DNA of 64,000 bases. It comes from Eledone cirrhosa. Its lineage: Eukaryota. Positions within the stretch are counted from its first letter, which is position 1, and every line of letters starts with the position of its first letter. The stretch is taken from positions 40,610,001-40,674,000 of the forward strand of contig OZ024752.1 of assembly GCA_964016885.1 (NCBI GenBank). The letters run 5' to 3'. Shown piece after piece: positions 1 through 14,119 of the stretch. Position numbers and translations under genes: made by a program. Below the pieces are notes generated by a model. The model worked only from the letters and a program-made list of their open reading frames with translations, was not told the DNA's origin and did not search any database.

Positions 1-318
1 CAGCCGAGGTTAACTTTGCCTTTGATCCTTACGAGGTCGATAGAATAAAGTACCAGTAATGCACACGGTTAGATTTAATAAACTTTCCCATCCCCCAAAT
101 TGCTGGCCTTGTGCTTATATAAGAAACCAGTGGTTTGGCAGTATCGGTAGAGGGTCGGACGCCATGCTTTGCAGCATAGAGTTTCGCCCCTTTATGGTCT
201 GAGTTCAAATCACGCCGAGGTTAACTTTGGCCTTTCATCCTTACGTAGTCGATAAAATAAAGTACCAGTAATGCACTGGGATAATTGCTGGCCTTGTGCC
301 TAAATTAGAAACAATTAT
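1..318 (+). mobile_element. Two head-to-tail tRNA-derived Meta-domain SINE copies (first 5'-truncated, long-tail variant)
   Basis: A box TGGCAGTATCGG, B box GAGTTCAAATC, central GCCTTTCATCCTTACGnGGTCGATAAAATAAAGTACCAG (MetaSINE-like domain), tail GGCCTTGTGCCTAAA.TAGAAACAATTATT. Confidence 0.85.
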
Positions 319-438
319 TAGTTTAATAAGGACTAGTGATGGAAACGTAACGACTCCTTTCCCTACTATATCAAGCGTTAAACTAATATATTTTTTCATT
401 GTACTGTGTTGTTTGCTTTGTTGTTTCCGTTTACTTTT

Positions 439-441
<3 letters not shown>

Positions 442-527
<86 letters not shown>

Positions 528-935
528 CACACACACACACACCCATACACACACACACACACACACCCAGACACACACAGACACACACAGACACACACAC
601 CCAGACACACACAGACACACACACACATATTTGAACCAAAAGAAAAAAAAAAACTTTTCAAAACAAACACAAACAAGATGATGACGATGTTGACAATGAT
701 GAGGATGATGATGGTGACGGTGGCGGTGGCGATGGTGATGATGATGGTGGTGATGGTGATGATGATGATGATAATGACGACGATGATGATGATGATGATG
801 ATGGTGAACACCATGCGATGTTATACAAGGGGGTAAAAAGTCAAACAAAGAAAGAGACTAGAGGATATATATATATATAGAGAGAGAGAGGAGGGAGGGA
901 GAGAGAGAGAGAGACGAGAGAGACGAGAGAGGGGG
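442..935. repeat. (CA)n, (GAT)n and (GA)n microsatellites
   Basis: Directly visible; source of the spurious HT/CV/His-rich ORFs. Confidence 0.95.
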
Positions 936-951
936 GGGGGGGGGTATATAA

Positions 952-1155
952 TTGTTTCTACGTTAGGCACAAGGCCAGCAATTATCTCAGTGTATTACTG
1001 GTACTTTATTTTATTTTATCGACCCCCCGTAAGGATGAAAGGCAAAGTTAACCTCGGCGGTGGAATTTGAATTCAGAATGGCAAGGGCCGTAACTCTATG
1101 CTAGAAAGCATGGCGTCCGTCCGACCCTCTACCGATACTGCCAATCCACCGCCCC
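952..1155 (-). mobile_element. Meta-domain SINE
   Basis: Reverse complement of the consensus above. Confidence 0.85.
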
Positions 1156-1169
1156 CCTTATGTGTGTGT

Positions 1170-1213
<44 letters not shown>

Positions 1214-1489
1214 GTGTGTGTGTGTGGGGGGGGGGTATATAATGAGATTTGAACATATTTCCTTTCTGTCATTTCAAACTTAGTGTTTCGTGGCTGAGGA
1301 CCAGAAGCGGTTAGGATAGTTTACTGTCACTGAGTAATTTGATCCCTGATGTAGAGTTATAAAACTCCCTTAACCTGGTGGGTAGACGGGTGGTGGGGCG
1401 TAGCGGTGGGGCGTAGTGGTGGGGCGTAGCGGTGGGTGTAGGGGTTAGGGGTAGGATGGTACAGGCATAGAGAGGGTTCTGATGTGCGA

Positions 1490-2884
1490 GAAGAGAGGGA
1501 AGAGAGAGAGAGAGAGAGAGAGGAGGGAGAGGGGGTAGAGGGGCTAGAGAGAGGTGGAGTGAGAGAGAAGTAGAGAGAGAGAGAGAGATGGAAGAAGAGA
1601 GTAAAGAGAGAGAGAGGGAGAGAAAGAAGTAGAGAAGTAAAGAGGGAGTAGTGAGAAAGAGAAAGAAGTAGCGAGAGAGAGAGGTAGTAAGAGAGAGAGA
1701 GAGAGAGAGAGAGAGAAGGGGGGGGTAGTAAGAGAGAGAGGGGGTAGTAAGAGAGAGGGAGAGAGGTAGTAAGAGAGAGAGAGGGGGTAGTAAGAGAGAG
1801 GGAGAAAGGTAGTAAGAGAGATGGAGAGAGGTAGTAAGAGAGATGGAGAGAGGTAGTAAGAGAGAGAGAGTGAGGGGGTAGTAAGAGAGAGGTAGTAAGA
1901 GAGAGAGAGTGAGGGGGTAGTAAGAGAGAGGTAGTAAGAGAGAGAGAGAGAGTGAGGGGGTAGTAAGAGAGAAGAAACCAACAGAGAAGGAAACAACAAG
2001 TAAACTGGTAAATAAGATTAGTTTGTCCCCCCTTTGAAGTAACTTGAGTCAAAGTAAGTTGGGTTAAATACAATAAGAGGGACACATACACACATACACA
2101 CATACATACACATACATACATACATACACAGATACATACACATATACACACATACATACACACATACACACATACACAGATACATACACATATACACATA
2201 CATACATACACACATACACACATACACATATATACACAGATGCATACACATATACACATACATACATACACACATACACACATACATACACACATACACA
2301 TACATACATACACAGATACACACACACATACACACATACACCCATACATACACATACACATACATACATATACAGATACACACACACATACACATACACA
2401 CACAGATACACACACACATACACATACACACACACATACACATACAGACACACATACACATACATACACAGATACACACACATACATACACACATACATA
2501 CATACACAGATACACACACACACATACACATACCGACACACATACACATACATACATACACACACATATACACACTCACATACACATACAGACACATACA
2601 CACTGTATATATATATATATGAGAGAGAGATGTATATATAAATATATATACGTGTGTGTGTGCGCATATAGGTTTGTGTATATGTGTGTGTGTATATATG
2701 TATATATGTGTTTGCATATATATGTGTGTATATATATATATATATAATATGCATATGATATATATATATTATATATATTATATATATTATATATATATAT
2801 ATATTATATACGTATATATATATATATACAAAGATAGACATATACAATATTCTTCTTGAAAACTTTCTGTTTTTCTCCCCCCCC

Positions 2885-2932
<48 letters not shown>

Positions 2933-3014
2933 TATATATATATATATATTATATATATTATATATTATATACGTATATATATATATATACAAAGATAGAT
3001 ATATAGATAGATCG

Positions 3015-3049
<35 letters not shown>

Positions 3050-3152
3050 TATATATTATATACGTATATATATACAAAGATAGATATATAGATCGATATA
3101 TATATATATATATACACACATGTGCAACCACGCAGTATTCTTCTTTCTTCTC

Positions 3153-3205
<53 letters not shown>
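1490..3205. repeat. Compound low-complexity tract: GA-rich GAGAGAGGTAGTAA repeats, (CATACA)n, (TA)n
   Basis: Directly visible. Confidence 0.9.
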
Positions 3206-3739
3206 GGGCGGGGGGGAGAAAGACAGAAAGTTTTCAAGAAGAATATTTTTCATAGTGAAAGTCCGAGCTGTATGGTAATTTCTTGTGACAGGTCATTTCA
3301 CTTTCCACATTTTACTTAAAGACAGATAAAGGGGGGGGGGAACAAGAAGCTAACAACAACAACAACAACAACAACACAAATAATATTATCCTTCAAAATA
3401 ATATCTCTTGTATAAAGAATATTTAAAAAAAAATGGAATTATTCAGAAACCGAATACTGACTGAATGCTCTTAGATTTTTTTTCCATTCAGTTATTCCCG
3501 TTTAAAAGGAAGAAAACTAAAAGCTAAAATCAAGAGACAAAAAAAAAAAAAAATGAAAAACACAAGCAAACAAACAAACAAAGAAAATACCCCCCCCTTC
3601 GCTCCCCCCTCCCCTCAATGAAAAAAACCAACAACAACAAACAAATAATAATAGACATTAGGTTTAACATTAGGTTTAACATTTCAGTCCCTCGAGGTAA
3701 AATATGTGTTATTTTGTTATCTTTGGAGTTATTTAGTGT

Positions 3740-4500
3740 TTTATTTGTTTGTGAAGGCGTGTGGTTGAGTGGTTAGAGAATTGGATTCGCAATGATGAGG
3801 TCGTGAGTTCGATTCCCGGACTGGGCGATGCATTATGTCCTTGAGCAAGACACTTTATTTGTTTGTGAAGGCGTGTGGCTGAGTGGTTAGAGAATTGGAT
3901 TCGCAACGATGAGGTCATGAGTTCGATTCCTGGACTGGGCGATGCATTATGTCCTTGAGCAAGGCACTTTATTTGTTTGTGAAGGCGTGTGGCTGAGTGG
4001 TTAGAGAATTGGATTCGCAACGATGAGGTCATGAGTTCGATTCCCGGACTGGGCGATGCATTATGTCCTTGTGCAAGACACTTTATTTGTTTGTGAAGGC
4101 GTGTGGCTGAGTGGTTAGAGAATTGGATTCGCAACGATGAGGTCATGAGTTCGATTCCTGGACTGGGCGATGCGTTATGTCCTTGAGCAAGGCACTTTAT
4201 TTGTTTGTGAAGGCGTGTGGCTGAGTGGTTAGAGAATTGGATTCGCAACGATGAGGTCATGAGTTCGATTCCCGGACTGGGCGATGCATTATGTCCTTGT
4301 GCAAGACACTTTATTTGTTTGTGAAGGCGTGTGGCTGAGTGGTTAGAGAATTGGATTCGCAACGATGAGGTCATGAGTTCGATTCCTGGACTGGGCGATG
4401 CGTTATGTCCTTGAGCAAGACACTTTATTTCACGCTGCTCCTTCTACCTGGAGTTGCAGCCGATAGATAGTATTAGCAATTGAAACGACCAATGGAAATG
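3740..4500 (+). mobile_element. Tandem array of six 114-bp tRNA/CORE-like SINE heads; the last continues into the SINE body
   Basis: Each unit has TGGCTGAGTGG (A box), GAGTTCGATTCC (B box) and TGTCCTTGAGCAAGACACTTTATTT; the 38-aa period of the antisense ORF gives 114 bp. Confidence 0.9.
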
Positions 4501-4675
4501 AGCTCAAGCCGTTTCGAGGGCTAATTCTGGACTGAATGCGTCCAGAATTAGCCGTCGAAACGGCTTGAGCTCAGCCGTCGGGGTCCTACTCGTTCCTATT
4601 ACCCACTCTACTACCCTAAGTATTGAGTACTTTGGTGCGTTATGGTCCACCTGGTTCCTTACCACATTTCCTCCG

Positions 4676-4677
<2 letters not shown>
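4499..4677 (+). mobile_element. Fold-back element family F1 (Penelope-like terminus, 3' half of a hammerhead)
   Basis: Inverted repeat, then GAAACGGCT-tgagctc-AGCCGTC and a tail ending at (TA)n; six more copies in the window. Confidence 0.7.
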
Positions 4678-4709
<32 letters not shown>

Positions 4710-4951
4710 GAGCGGGGAATACTAACCTTTGCATCTTTGTAGTAGGACAGTTTAGCCTGACTAAATTCAAACATATATTTGCGACACACTTTCTTGCTTA
4801 TTAACGTCAGAACGGGGTGGTTGGTTGGCTTAGTGGTTAGTGAAGGAACAGAAGGATATAGAAATGGATGGAGAATGGAAATTCTGTTGACAATGAGGGC
4901 ATTTATAACGTTGTTGGAGTTCATGCCTTTTCCACGGGTTTTTGTGATGGA

Positions 4952-5457
4952 CGAGGGTCAGCTGTAAAGTTCTTAGCCTGACTACGAAGGATTAGGAATG
5001 CCAGAGCTGTGAAATCTTGCATGTATTAATTTCAACTCTTCTTATTAATAACTGCATTGTTTCTTTCCGGGGACTATGTTAAAGAATAAACCTCATTTGG
5101 TCATTCCATGAGAGTATCTTGATCAGCCTATGAAGGAGTGATGCTAGAGCTGTGAAATCTTGATTGCATTAATTTCAACTCTTCTTTCAACTCTTCTAAG
5201 GGCGGTGGATTGGCAGTATCTGTGGAGGGTCGGATGCCATGCTTTCCAGCATAGTTACGTCCCTTTACGATCTTGTTCAAATCCCGCCGAGGTTGACTTT
5301 GCCTTTCATCCTTACGGGGTCGATAAAATAAAGTACCAGTAATGCACTGGGTAATTGCTGGCCTTGTGCCTAAAGTAGAAACAATTAATTTCAACTCTTC
5401 TTATTAATAACTGCATTGTTTCTTTCTAGGGATTATGTTGAAAAATAAACCTCATTA
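4952..5457. mobile_element. Mariner-type MITE (internal dimer) interrupted by a Meta-SINE at about 5198-5386
   Basis: TIR-like CGAGGGTCAGCTG.AAAGTT; internal sequence matches 40606-41080 and 43011-43345 in reverse; SINE flanked by duplicated ATTAATTTCAACTCTTCT. Confidence 0.7.
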
Positions 5458-5886
5458 GTCGTTCGACGAGGGTTGGACCTAGGAAGTGAAAATAAAGAAG
5501 GAGAGAGACTGTCGGAGATAGAAAGAGAGAGAGAGAGAGAGTGTCATAGCTGGGGAAGAGAATAAGTTGGTGATAGGAGAGAGAAATGGAGGGGAATGTC
5601 GGAGAGAGAGAGAGAGGAAGAGAGAGAGAGAGTGTTATAGCTGGGGAAGAGAATAAGTTGGTGATAGGAGAGAGAAATGGAGGGGAATGTCAGAGAGCGA
5701 GAGGAAGAGAGTGTGTCTGAGCTGGCAGGAGAGGGACTGTTGCAGATAGACGGAGAGAGAGAGAGAGAGAGAGTGTGTGTGTGTGGAGGAGAAAGACAAC
5801 GAGGAAAAGAAAGAAGAGCGTCATTTTAAAGATAAAAATTATAATCTTCAAAAAATGATTAAAAAACAAATGCATCAACACAATGT

Positions 5887-5917
<31 letters not shown>

Positions 5918-7652
5918 ACAGCAACAACAACAACAACAATAATAAAAAATAATAATCATGATAATAAATGAAGCAATAAAATCTAATGATATCTCATAGA
6001 TTGAGTGAAATCTGGTGATATTGGAAACTTCAGACGATAAAGAGGAAATTTATGGCATCTAAATGAGGCTTTTCTTTTTCTTTCAAATTGTTTCTAGAAC
6101 AATCACGGTGGTTTAGGATATCGGCTGCAAGACATGGTGAGCTGCTGGATCATTTATTAGTACAAGACTAATAAAGTCAGGGAAATAAAGAAAGATAAGA
6201 GAGAGAGAGAGAAAAAAAAAGAAGAAAATGAAAGAAAGAAAGAAAGAAAGAAGAAACGTTGACGTTCTCGTCACGTGAAACATTAGGCGTCAAATACAAA
6301 ACTAATGTTTGTAAAAGTGTGCTGGCATTGTTAGTTTCGAATGACCTGTCATTATGAGATTTCGAATGTCATTTTTTTTTTTCTATGGAGTAACATTAAG
6401 GCAACAATAAAGTTGTTAGGTTTGAGAGCTTTTTAGAAAGATTATTTGATTTGCAAAAATAAAACATACAAAGAAACTCATAAAGTGAAACAAATAACGA
6501 AGATAAATAAACAATTTAGATTGTTTTTTGTCGCTAGGAGAAAAAGAAAATTGACCAAGAAAAATAGATTATTTTTTGTGTTCTTTTGTTCCATCTAAAT
6601 TTTAAACGATTAAAGATTAATAAATGCTTGACTATTATCTAGGAACCGGAAAAATAAGTGTTGTTTCATAAATTAGACCTTATGGTATTGAGAAAGAGAA
6701 AATATAAAGAAAGAATGGTAGGAACAGAAATATTGATTTCTGGACTTGGTTAAATCTTGTAGAAAGGATTATGTAAAGCCAATTTTATCGACATCACTAT
6801 TTAACTGGTACTTATTTGATCAAACCCTGATTACTGTAAATCAACGTCGACTCTGATAGGACATGATTTAAGACCACAAAGTTAGGTAACTTAATATTGC
6901 AAGAAAATAAGAATTATAAGCCGCCATTTGAAACTATAAAATTCTGATAAAATAAAGCCTGTTTCAGTTTAGAAATATGAAGGTCAGCTGATAAGGGACA
7001 GTGCCCATCATGATTCCTTTCAGGTCTCCCAATACTTGTTGGGATGAGGAAAGAAGATTCTCTCAAAACATAGCCCGAATGCTTACAAAAGAGGGGACTC
7101 CGCTAAAAAGTACCCAAGGTTCAGATTTGAGTGTTTAATCGGGTGACTTATTAAGTCTATCCCCCAAAATAGGCCACGGTGGGATTCGAAGTCAGAAAAC
7201 AAAGAACCAGAGCAAATGCCACTACGCTCTATTGCACACTAGACTGGTATTTTACCGAGCCACGAAGGATTAAGTTGGACGGAGCACAATTTAAACTTAA
7301 AATTACCGGAATAAATACCATCAGATATTTCACCCAACACTAACGTTTCTGCCAATTTGCCACCTCGTATAATGGCTTCGGATCAAGGCACAAAGCCAAC
7401 ATTTTTTTTTTTGGGGGGGGGGATAAGTCAATTAAATCGACCCCAGTACGTTACTGGTACTCTATTATGTTATCGATCCTGTAAGGCAACGCTATAGCAT
7501 CCTGTTGTCATGGTTCTCAAAACACAATGACTTCCTGTTCTCATAATATATATATATTTAAAGGTTAAACAAGGTTCAATGAATAAATCAAAGAATGAGT
7601 TTTACAATAGATTGGAAGCACTCCACAGATATTGGTTTTCCGGAGTTATTAA

Positions 7653-7954
7653 TATTAATTCAAAATATTAACAAAAATAGACATTCGTGTGATCAAGTAT
7701 ATGTTATTATACATATTTCAGAGGTACTGAGCTATCTTCAACAGTACGTCCTCATATGAAGACGTACTGTTGAAGATAGCTCAGTACCTCTGAAATATGT
7801 ATAATAACATATACATATTTCAGAGGTACTGAGCTATCTTCAACAGTACGTCTTCATATGAAGACGTACTGTTGAAGATAGCTCAGTACCTCTGAAATAT
7901 GTATAATAAAATATACTTGATCACACGAATGTCTATTTTTGTTAATATTTTGAA

Positions 7955-7960
<6 letters not shown>
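7653..7960. repeat. Four-arm (double) palindrome next to (TA)n
   Basis: Two symmetry centres CATATG at 7753-7758 and 7855-7860; outer arms are complementary. Confidence 0.9.
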
Positions 7961-8003
<43 letters not shown>

Positions 8004-8749
8004 ATAGAATAAGGAAATATGAAGTAGTTTCAGATGTTAAAGTAGTTTAATGATAATACTGTGGTACATATTTCAATGACGACAGTGGCCACACGATTCC
8101 GTGTACCCAGTTCCGTGACATCATCAGACATCTTCTTACATAATAAGATTACGTTTCCGAGGCAATCCAAATTGAATCGACAAGGGAACGGACAAAGCGA
8201 GTGTTCTTGAATCCTTCGCACGTTCCCTTATATACAAGTGGAAGGTTAGTAAAATCGAAGTTATGGCAGTCAGCCAAACCCACGAAGAAACAATTCGTTG
8301 GCATAACTCCAGTACTTGACTGGTAGTATTAAACTCTGATGAGGTTTGAAATCAAAATGTAAGGAGGGAAACGAATGGAATCCAAACTAAATACTGTTAG
8401 TATTCTACTGCGCCGCAGTTGATAATGTCTGGCAGTGAAATAGTGAAAACTGAAGAAAAAGACATGAACATATTAACTAAAGAAGAATTCAATGTTTATG
8501 GAAGTTTGGCGTTAAGTCTGCAACCGGAAGCTAGACGTTGAATCGCTAGTGGAATAAATTATAGTTCCTTAGTTTTTCTCCAATCTTTATACAAACATCT
8601 AACTGATGTTTAGACTAGTAATCCTAATGTTTGGTTGTCTAATACAGTATCGTGATGTCTAATCTTAAGTTGATAAAAAGAAGTTTCGATAATTTATTCA
8701 CCGGATGTCAAACCAGATTATATCCCCTTAGATGTTCATATTTTTATAT

Positions 8750-8975
8750 TCGTGTGGTTGATGGTAAGTGGGAGGGGGGGGGGGACTGTTCGTGTGGTTA
8801 ATGGTAAGAGGGGGTGGGGACTGTTCGTGTGGTTAATGGTAAGAGGGGGTGGGGGCTGTTTGTGTGGTTGATGGTAAGAGGGGGTGGGGGCTGTTTGTGT
8901 GGTTGATGGTAAGAGGAAGGGGTGGTGGTGGTGGTGGTGGTCTTTGTGTGGTTGATGGTAAGGGGGGGGGGGACT
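8750..8975. repeat. About 35-bp G-rich minisatellite
   Basis: CTGTTCGTGTGGTTAATGGTAAGAGGGGGTGGGG-like unit, about 6 copies. Confidence 0.85.
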
Positions 8976-9151
8976 GATTATAAGAAACAAATGTCTGCTG
9001 CTAATAATGGTACTTGTTGTTGTTGTTGTTGTTGTTGTTGTTGCAAAACGTGAGTCGAGATGATTTTATTTTTAGAGTTAAAGACTCAATATATTTTTAC
9101 TTGATGTTCGATTTCAGTTCTACACATTTTGAATTCATACATACAGAAAAA

Positions 9152-9814
9152 GTATATATATATATATATATATATATATAGGTATATATATATATATGGG
9201 TATATATATAGGTATATATATATATATGGGTATATATATATATATATATATATATATGGGTATATATATATATATATGGGTATATATATATATATATATA
9301 GGTATATATATAGGTATATATATATATATATATATATATAGGTATATATATATATATATATATATATAGGTATATATATATATATATATATATATAGGTA
9401 TATATAGGTATATATATATATAGGTATATATAGGTATATATATATATAGGTATATAGGTATATATATATATAGGTATATATATATATATATATATAGGTA
9501 TATATAGATATATATATATATAGGTATATATATATATATATATATAGGTATATATATATATATAGGTATATATATATATATATATATAGATATATATATA
9601 TATATATATAGGTATATATATATATATAGGTATATATATATATAGGTATATATATATATATATATATAGGTATATATATATATAGGTATATATATATATA
9701 TATAGGTATATATATATATATATATATATATAGGTATATATATATATATATATATATAGGTATATATATATAGGTATATATATATATAGGTATATATATA
9801 TAGGTATATATATA
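9152..9814. repeat. (TA)n array interrupted by GG
   Basis: Directly visible; similar array at 11912-12233. Confidence 0.95.
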
Positions 9815-10011
9815 TGTAGATAAATCTACCAAGAGTTTACGGTAGTGTCAAATCCGTATGAAGAACTCAATGTATTCCGGATATCATGGAAAGAAGAGAT
9901 GTAATGAAAAATCACTTTCGGTGAAAGATAAACGGTATACAGAGTCAAGATAAAATATTAAACAAATAATGAATAAACAATGAAACAGTTCCTTATATTA
10001 AACAAAAAAAG

Positions 10012-10165
10012 TTCACTATTTAACGATCGTTTCTAGGATATATATGTGTTAGAATTGGCATGCATATTCAACAGATCTATGTACAAAATTATACAAAATT
10101 ATACAAACTATCAAGATTAAATATACATACCAACACATATATACGCCGTCTTCAGAAATAATGAA
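10012..10165 (-). ncRNA. Type I hammerhead ribozyme-like motif with very long stem II
   Basis: Minus strand: TTCATTATTT-CTGAAGA-cggcgTATATATGTGTTGG...CTAACACATATATAtccta-GAAAC-GATC-GTT-AAATAGTGAA; 10-bp stem I with one G-U; palindromic ACGATCGT stem III. Confidence 0.65.
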
Positions 10166-10795
10166 ATATATTTATTGATAATAACAACAATTCAAACTTT
10201 CAGGTCCGTTTGGGAACAAAATTGACCAATGAAAATACAAAAGGTTTAATGCAGTTCGGTGTGTGTATATACATGTAACTACCCTTACACATATTTTACA
10301 AAAATGTATGCACAACTTGTATACGCATACAAAAAGGATGGATGCAAATACAAAATTTCAAGGTTAATGTCTCTGTAAGTTTATAATGCACAGATAAGAT
10401 GCGTATAGACACATAAATATGAAATAAGTGTATACACATATTTTCATACTAACACATATCCGTACAATCACACATACACGCGCGTATATGCATAAACATA
10501 CACATAAACTACGAACATACAAACACACACACACCCCCACTCACATATATATATGTGGATATAAAATCCTAAGCACATGGATATTAATTCACTCACATAA
10601 ACACTGGCACACACATTTAGATCAAGATACAGAAATTAGGTGGGAGGGGGGGGGAGAGGTCACTATTCAACTGTTTGGGCAGACTGCTTAATATAGATGT
10701 ATCTATAAACTAAGAAAATAAAAAATAATAAATAATAAATAAACATTAAAAAGGAAAGAAAAGAAAAAGAAAAAAGAAAAAAGAAATATATCAAG

Positions 10796-10843
<48 letters not shown>

Positions 10844-11007
10844 CACACACATACACATATATATATACATACACATATACAAACACATACATACATATAC
10901 ACACATCCACTCTTAGAACATACATACACACACATATATAAACATATACATATACACACATACATACATATACACACATACATATAAATACACATATATA
11001 TATACAC

Positions 11008-11048
<41 letters not shown>

Positions 11049-11361
11049 CACTCATACATACACATATAATCACACATACTATATAGACACACATATATAT
11101 ACACACATATACGCACATATACATACATTTACATACATATATACATACAGATATACACATACATACCTATATATACACACAAATACATACAGACATATAT
11201 ACATACATACAGACAAATACTTACGCATCTATATATCGGTATATACATACAAACACCACTACACTCTCACACAACTCAGACATACAAAGAAAAAGGTATA
11301 TACCTATACACATATACATATACAAATAGAGAAACATATACATATATATATATATATATAT

Positions 11362-11414
<53 letters not shown>

Positions 11415-11614
11415 TATACACACATACACACATACACATACATACACATACATACATGTACACACACATAGATATATATACACACATACACACATACACA
11501 CATACACATATAGACATACACACACATACACCTACACGAACATACACATACACATATATAAAGATATATATACACACACACACATACACACACACACATA
11601 TATATAAAAAATAA

Positions 11615-11661
<47 letters not shown>

Positions 11662-12085
11662 CATATACATACACACATACATAGACATATATGTACATAC
11701 ATACACATACATAGATACATACACACACATACATACATATATATATACACACATAGACATATACATACATACACACACAACATACATATACACATATATA
11801 CTCATACATAGAATTAGATATATAATCATACATACATACGCACTTACATATACACATATATACAAATACATACGCATCCATATATGCGTATATACATAGA
11901 AACACCACTACATATATATATATATATATAGGTATATATATATATATATATATATATAGGTATATATATATATATATGGGTATATATATATATATATATA
12001 TAGGTATATATATATATATATATATATATAGGTATATATATATATATATATATATATAGGTATATATATATATATATATATATAT

Positions 12086-12116
<31 letters not shown>

Positions 12117-12167
12117 GGTATATATATATATATATATATAGGTATATATATATATATATATATATAT

Positions 12168-12206
<39 letters not shown>

Positions 12207-12233
12207 TATATATATATAGGTATATATATATAT

Positions 12234-12434
12234 AACAAAGGAATTGTGGTAAGGAACCAGGTGGACCATAACGCACCAGAGTACTCAATACTTAGTTTAG
12301 TAGAGTGGGAAATAGGAAAAAGTATGACCCCGACGGCAGAGCTCAAGCCGTTTCGACGGCTATTTCTGGACTCAGTCCAGAAATAGCCGTCGAAACGGCT
12401 TGAGCTCTGCCGTCGAGGTCATACTTTTTCCTAT
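12234..12434 (-). mobile_element. Fold-back family F1 copy
   Basis: About 60-bp inverted arms centred near 12372; tail abuts (TA)n. Confidence 0.75.
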
Positions 12435-12446
12435 ATATATATATAT

Positions 12447-12626
12447 ATAGGAAAAGAGTCAGGATCCCGACGGTTGAGCTCCTGCCGTTTCGACAGCTAG
12501 ATCCGAAACGACCGGAGCTAGCCGTCGGGGTCCTGACCCTTTTCCTATTACCCTCTCTACTACCCTAGGTATCGAGTACTCTGGTGCGTTATGGTCCACC
12601 TGGTTACTTACTACATCTTCTTTCTT
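12447..12626 (+). mobile_element. Fold-back family F1 copy (diverged)
   Basis: Same tail GGTGCGTTATGGTCCACCTGGTT. Confidence 0.7.
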
Positions 12627-12641
12627 ATATATATATATATA

Positions 12642-12965
12642 TTTGAACTCAGACCGTAAAGGGCCGTAACTCTGTGCTGCAAAACATAATGTCCGACCCT
12701 CTACCGATACTGCCAATCCACTGCCGTTGTATGTATAATAATAATAATAATAGGTTCTTATGTAGGCACAAGGCCAGCAATGTTTGGGGAGGGGAAAGTC
12801 GATCGAATCGGCGCCAGTGTATGACTGGTACTTTATTTTATCGACCCCCCCGTAAGAATGAAAGGCAAAGTTAACCTCTACGGGATTTGAAATCAGACCG
12901 TAAAGGGCCGCAACTCTATGCTGCAATGCATAGAGTTCGACCCTCTCTACCGATACTCCTAATTT
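12642..12965 (-). mobile_element. Meta-domain SINE copies (head fragment plus long-tail copy)
   Basis: Consensus match. Confidence 0.8.
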
Positions 12966-14069
12966 GCTACGAACGAACACCGACTTCTGCTATGAAACGT
13001 ATCATTGTCTTCATATCATTCTAAGATGGCGGCTTGGTTATTTATTCCCCTGTAACTCACTTCACACTGTCAAACAACAACAACAACAACAACAGCAGCA
13101 ACAGCAGCAACATCAACAACAACCACCACAACAACAGCAGCAACAACAACAACAACAACAACAATTCTATAGTTTTGATGTTTAATGTTTTTGTATTGTC
13201 CTTTGCTTTTTTCTTTCACTTCTCCTTTTTATCCCAAAATATTAGAAAGAGGTGGAGAAGAAGAAAAAAACTGTTTGATTATTGCGTCAAATGCGATTTG
13301 GTTTAATTAAACAGTTAGGATAATAATGTGCAAGAAAGAGGGGACGAGAGAGAAATAGAGAGATAGATAGATAGATAGAGTGAGTAAGAGAGAGAGAGAG
13401 AGGGTGAGAGAGAGAGAAAGTGAGAGAGAGGCAGAGAGAGAGAGAGAGAGAGAGGGGGGAGTGAGTGAGAGAGAGAAAGAAAGGTCAATAAAATAAATAC
13501 CAGACTTGATAAAAATATATACTAAGGTTAATATAATCGACTAAATCATTCTAAATATGTGCCTCACTATGGCCGCAACTTATCGTCTGAAACCACTAAA
13601 AGAATATATATATATAAATGAAATCTTTAATTTTTAGTTTTTAATCCTTATTAATTCTTTTTAATTGTAATACTCAACATTTGATAAGATTAATTTTACT
13701 AATACATCGAAACCGGTAACACTTTATATACTTTATATACTTTATATACTTTATAAAAGTCTTTTTTTAAAAAGAATTGTCCCTCTCATTTTTTCAATAA
13801 TGTCATTTTGACAAATCAAAAAAAGGCAAAACAAAAAAGAAAAACAGACCCTTAAATATAACCACAGTTAGTAAGGTACTCAATACATTAGGAGAGTGTA
13901 AACATCAGGTTTAAAATAGAAATGGCTTAATAGAAATATTTCATTCAAAAGAAATCATGAGGGCTTTCCTGGTGATTTCTTTTGAATGAAATATTTCTAG
14001 CCCTATCTAAGCAATTTCTATATCAAACCTTGGCAGTTTCGATCCCTATTTACGGCTCTGCTGGTCCAC

Positions 14070-14119
<50 letters not shown>

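Noticed and set aside
3755-3825. tRNA genes
   Set aside because: tRNA-like heads run straight into SINE bodies and lack a clean cloverleaf.
8030-8240. Unique GC-richer island with short ORFs (similarly 39690-39900 and 59745-59940)
   Set aside because: No recognisable protein motif or consistent splice signals; function cannot be supported.
13680-13722. TTGATAA-GAT..ATC-GAAACCGGTA hammerhead-like string
   Set aside because: Two core changes and no stem I pairing.
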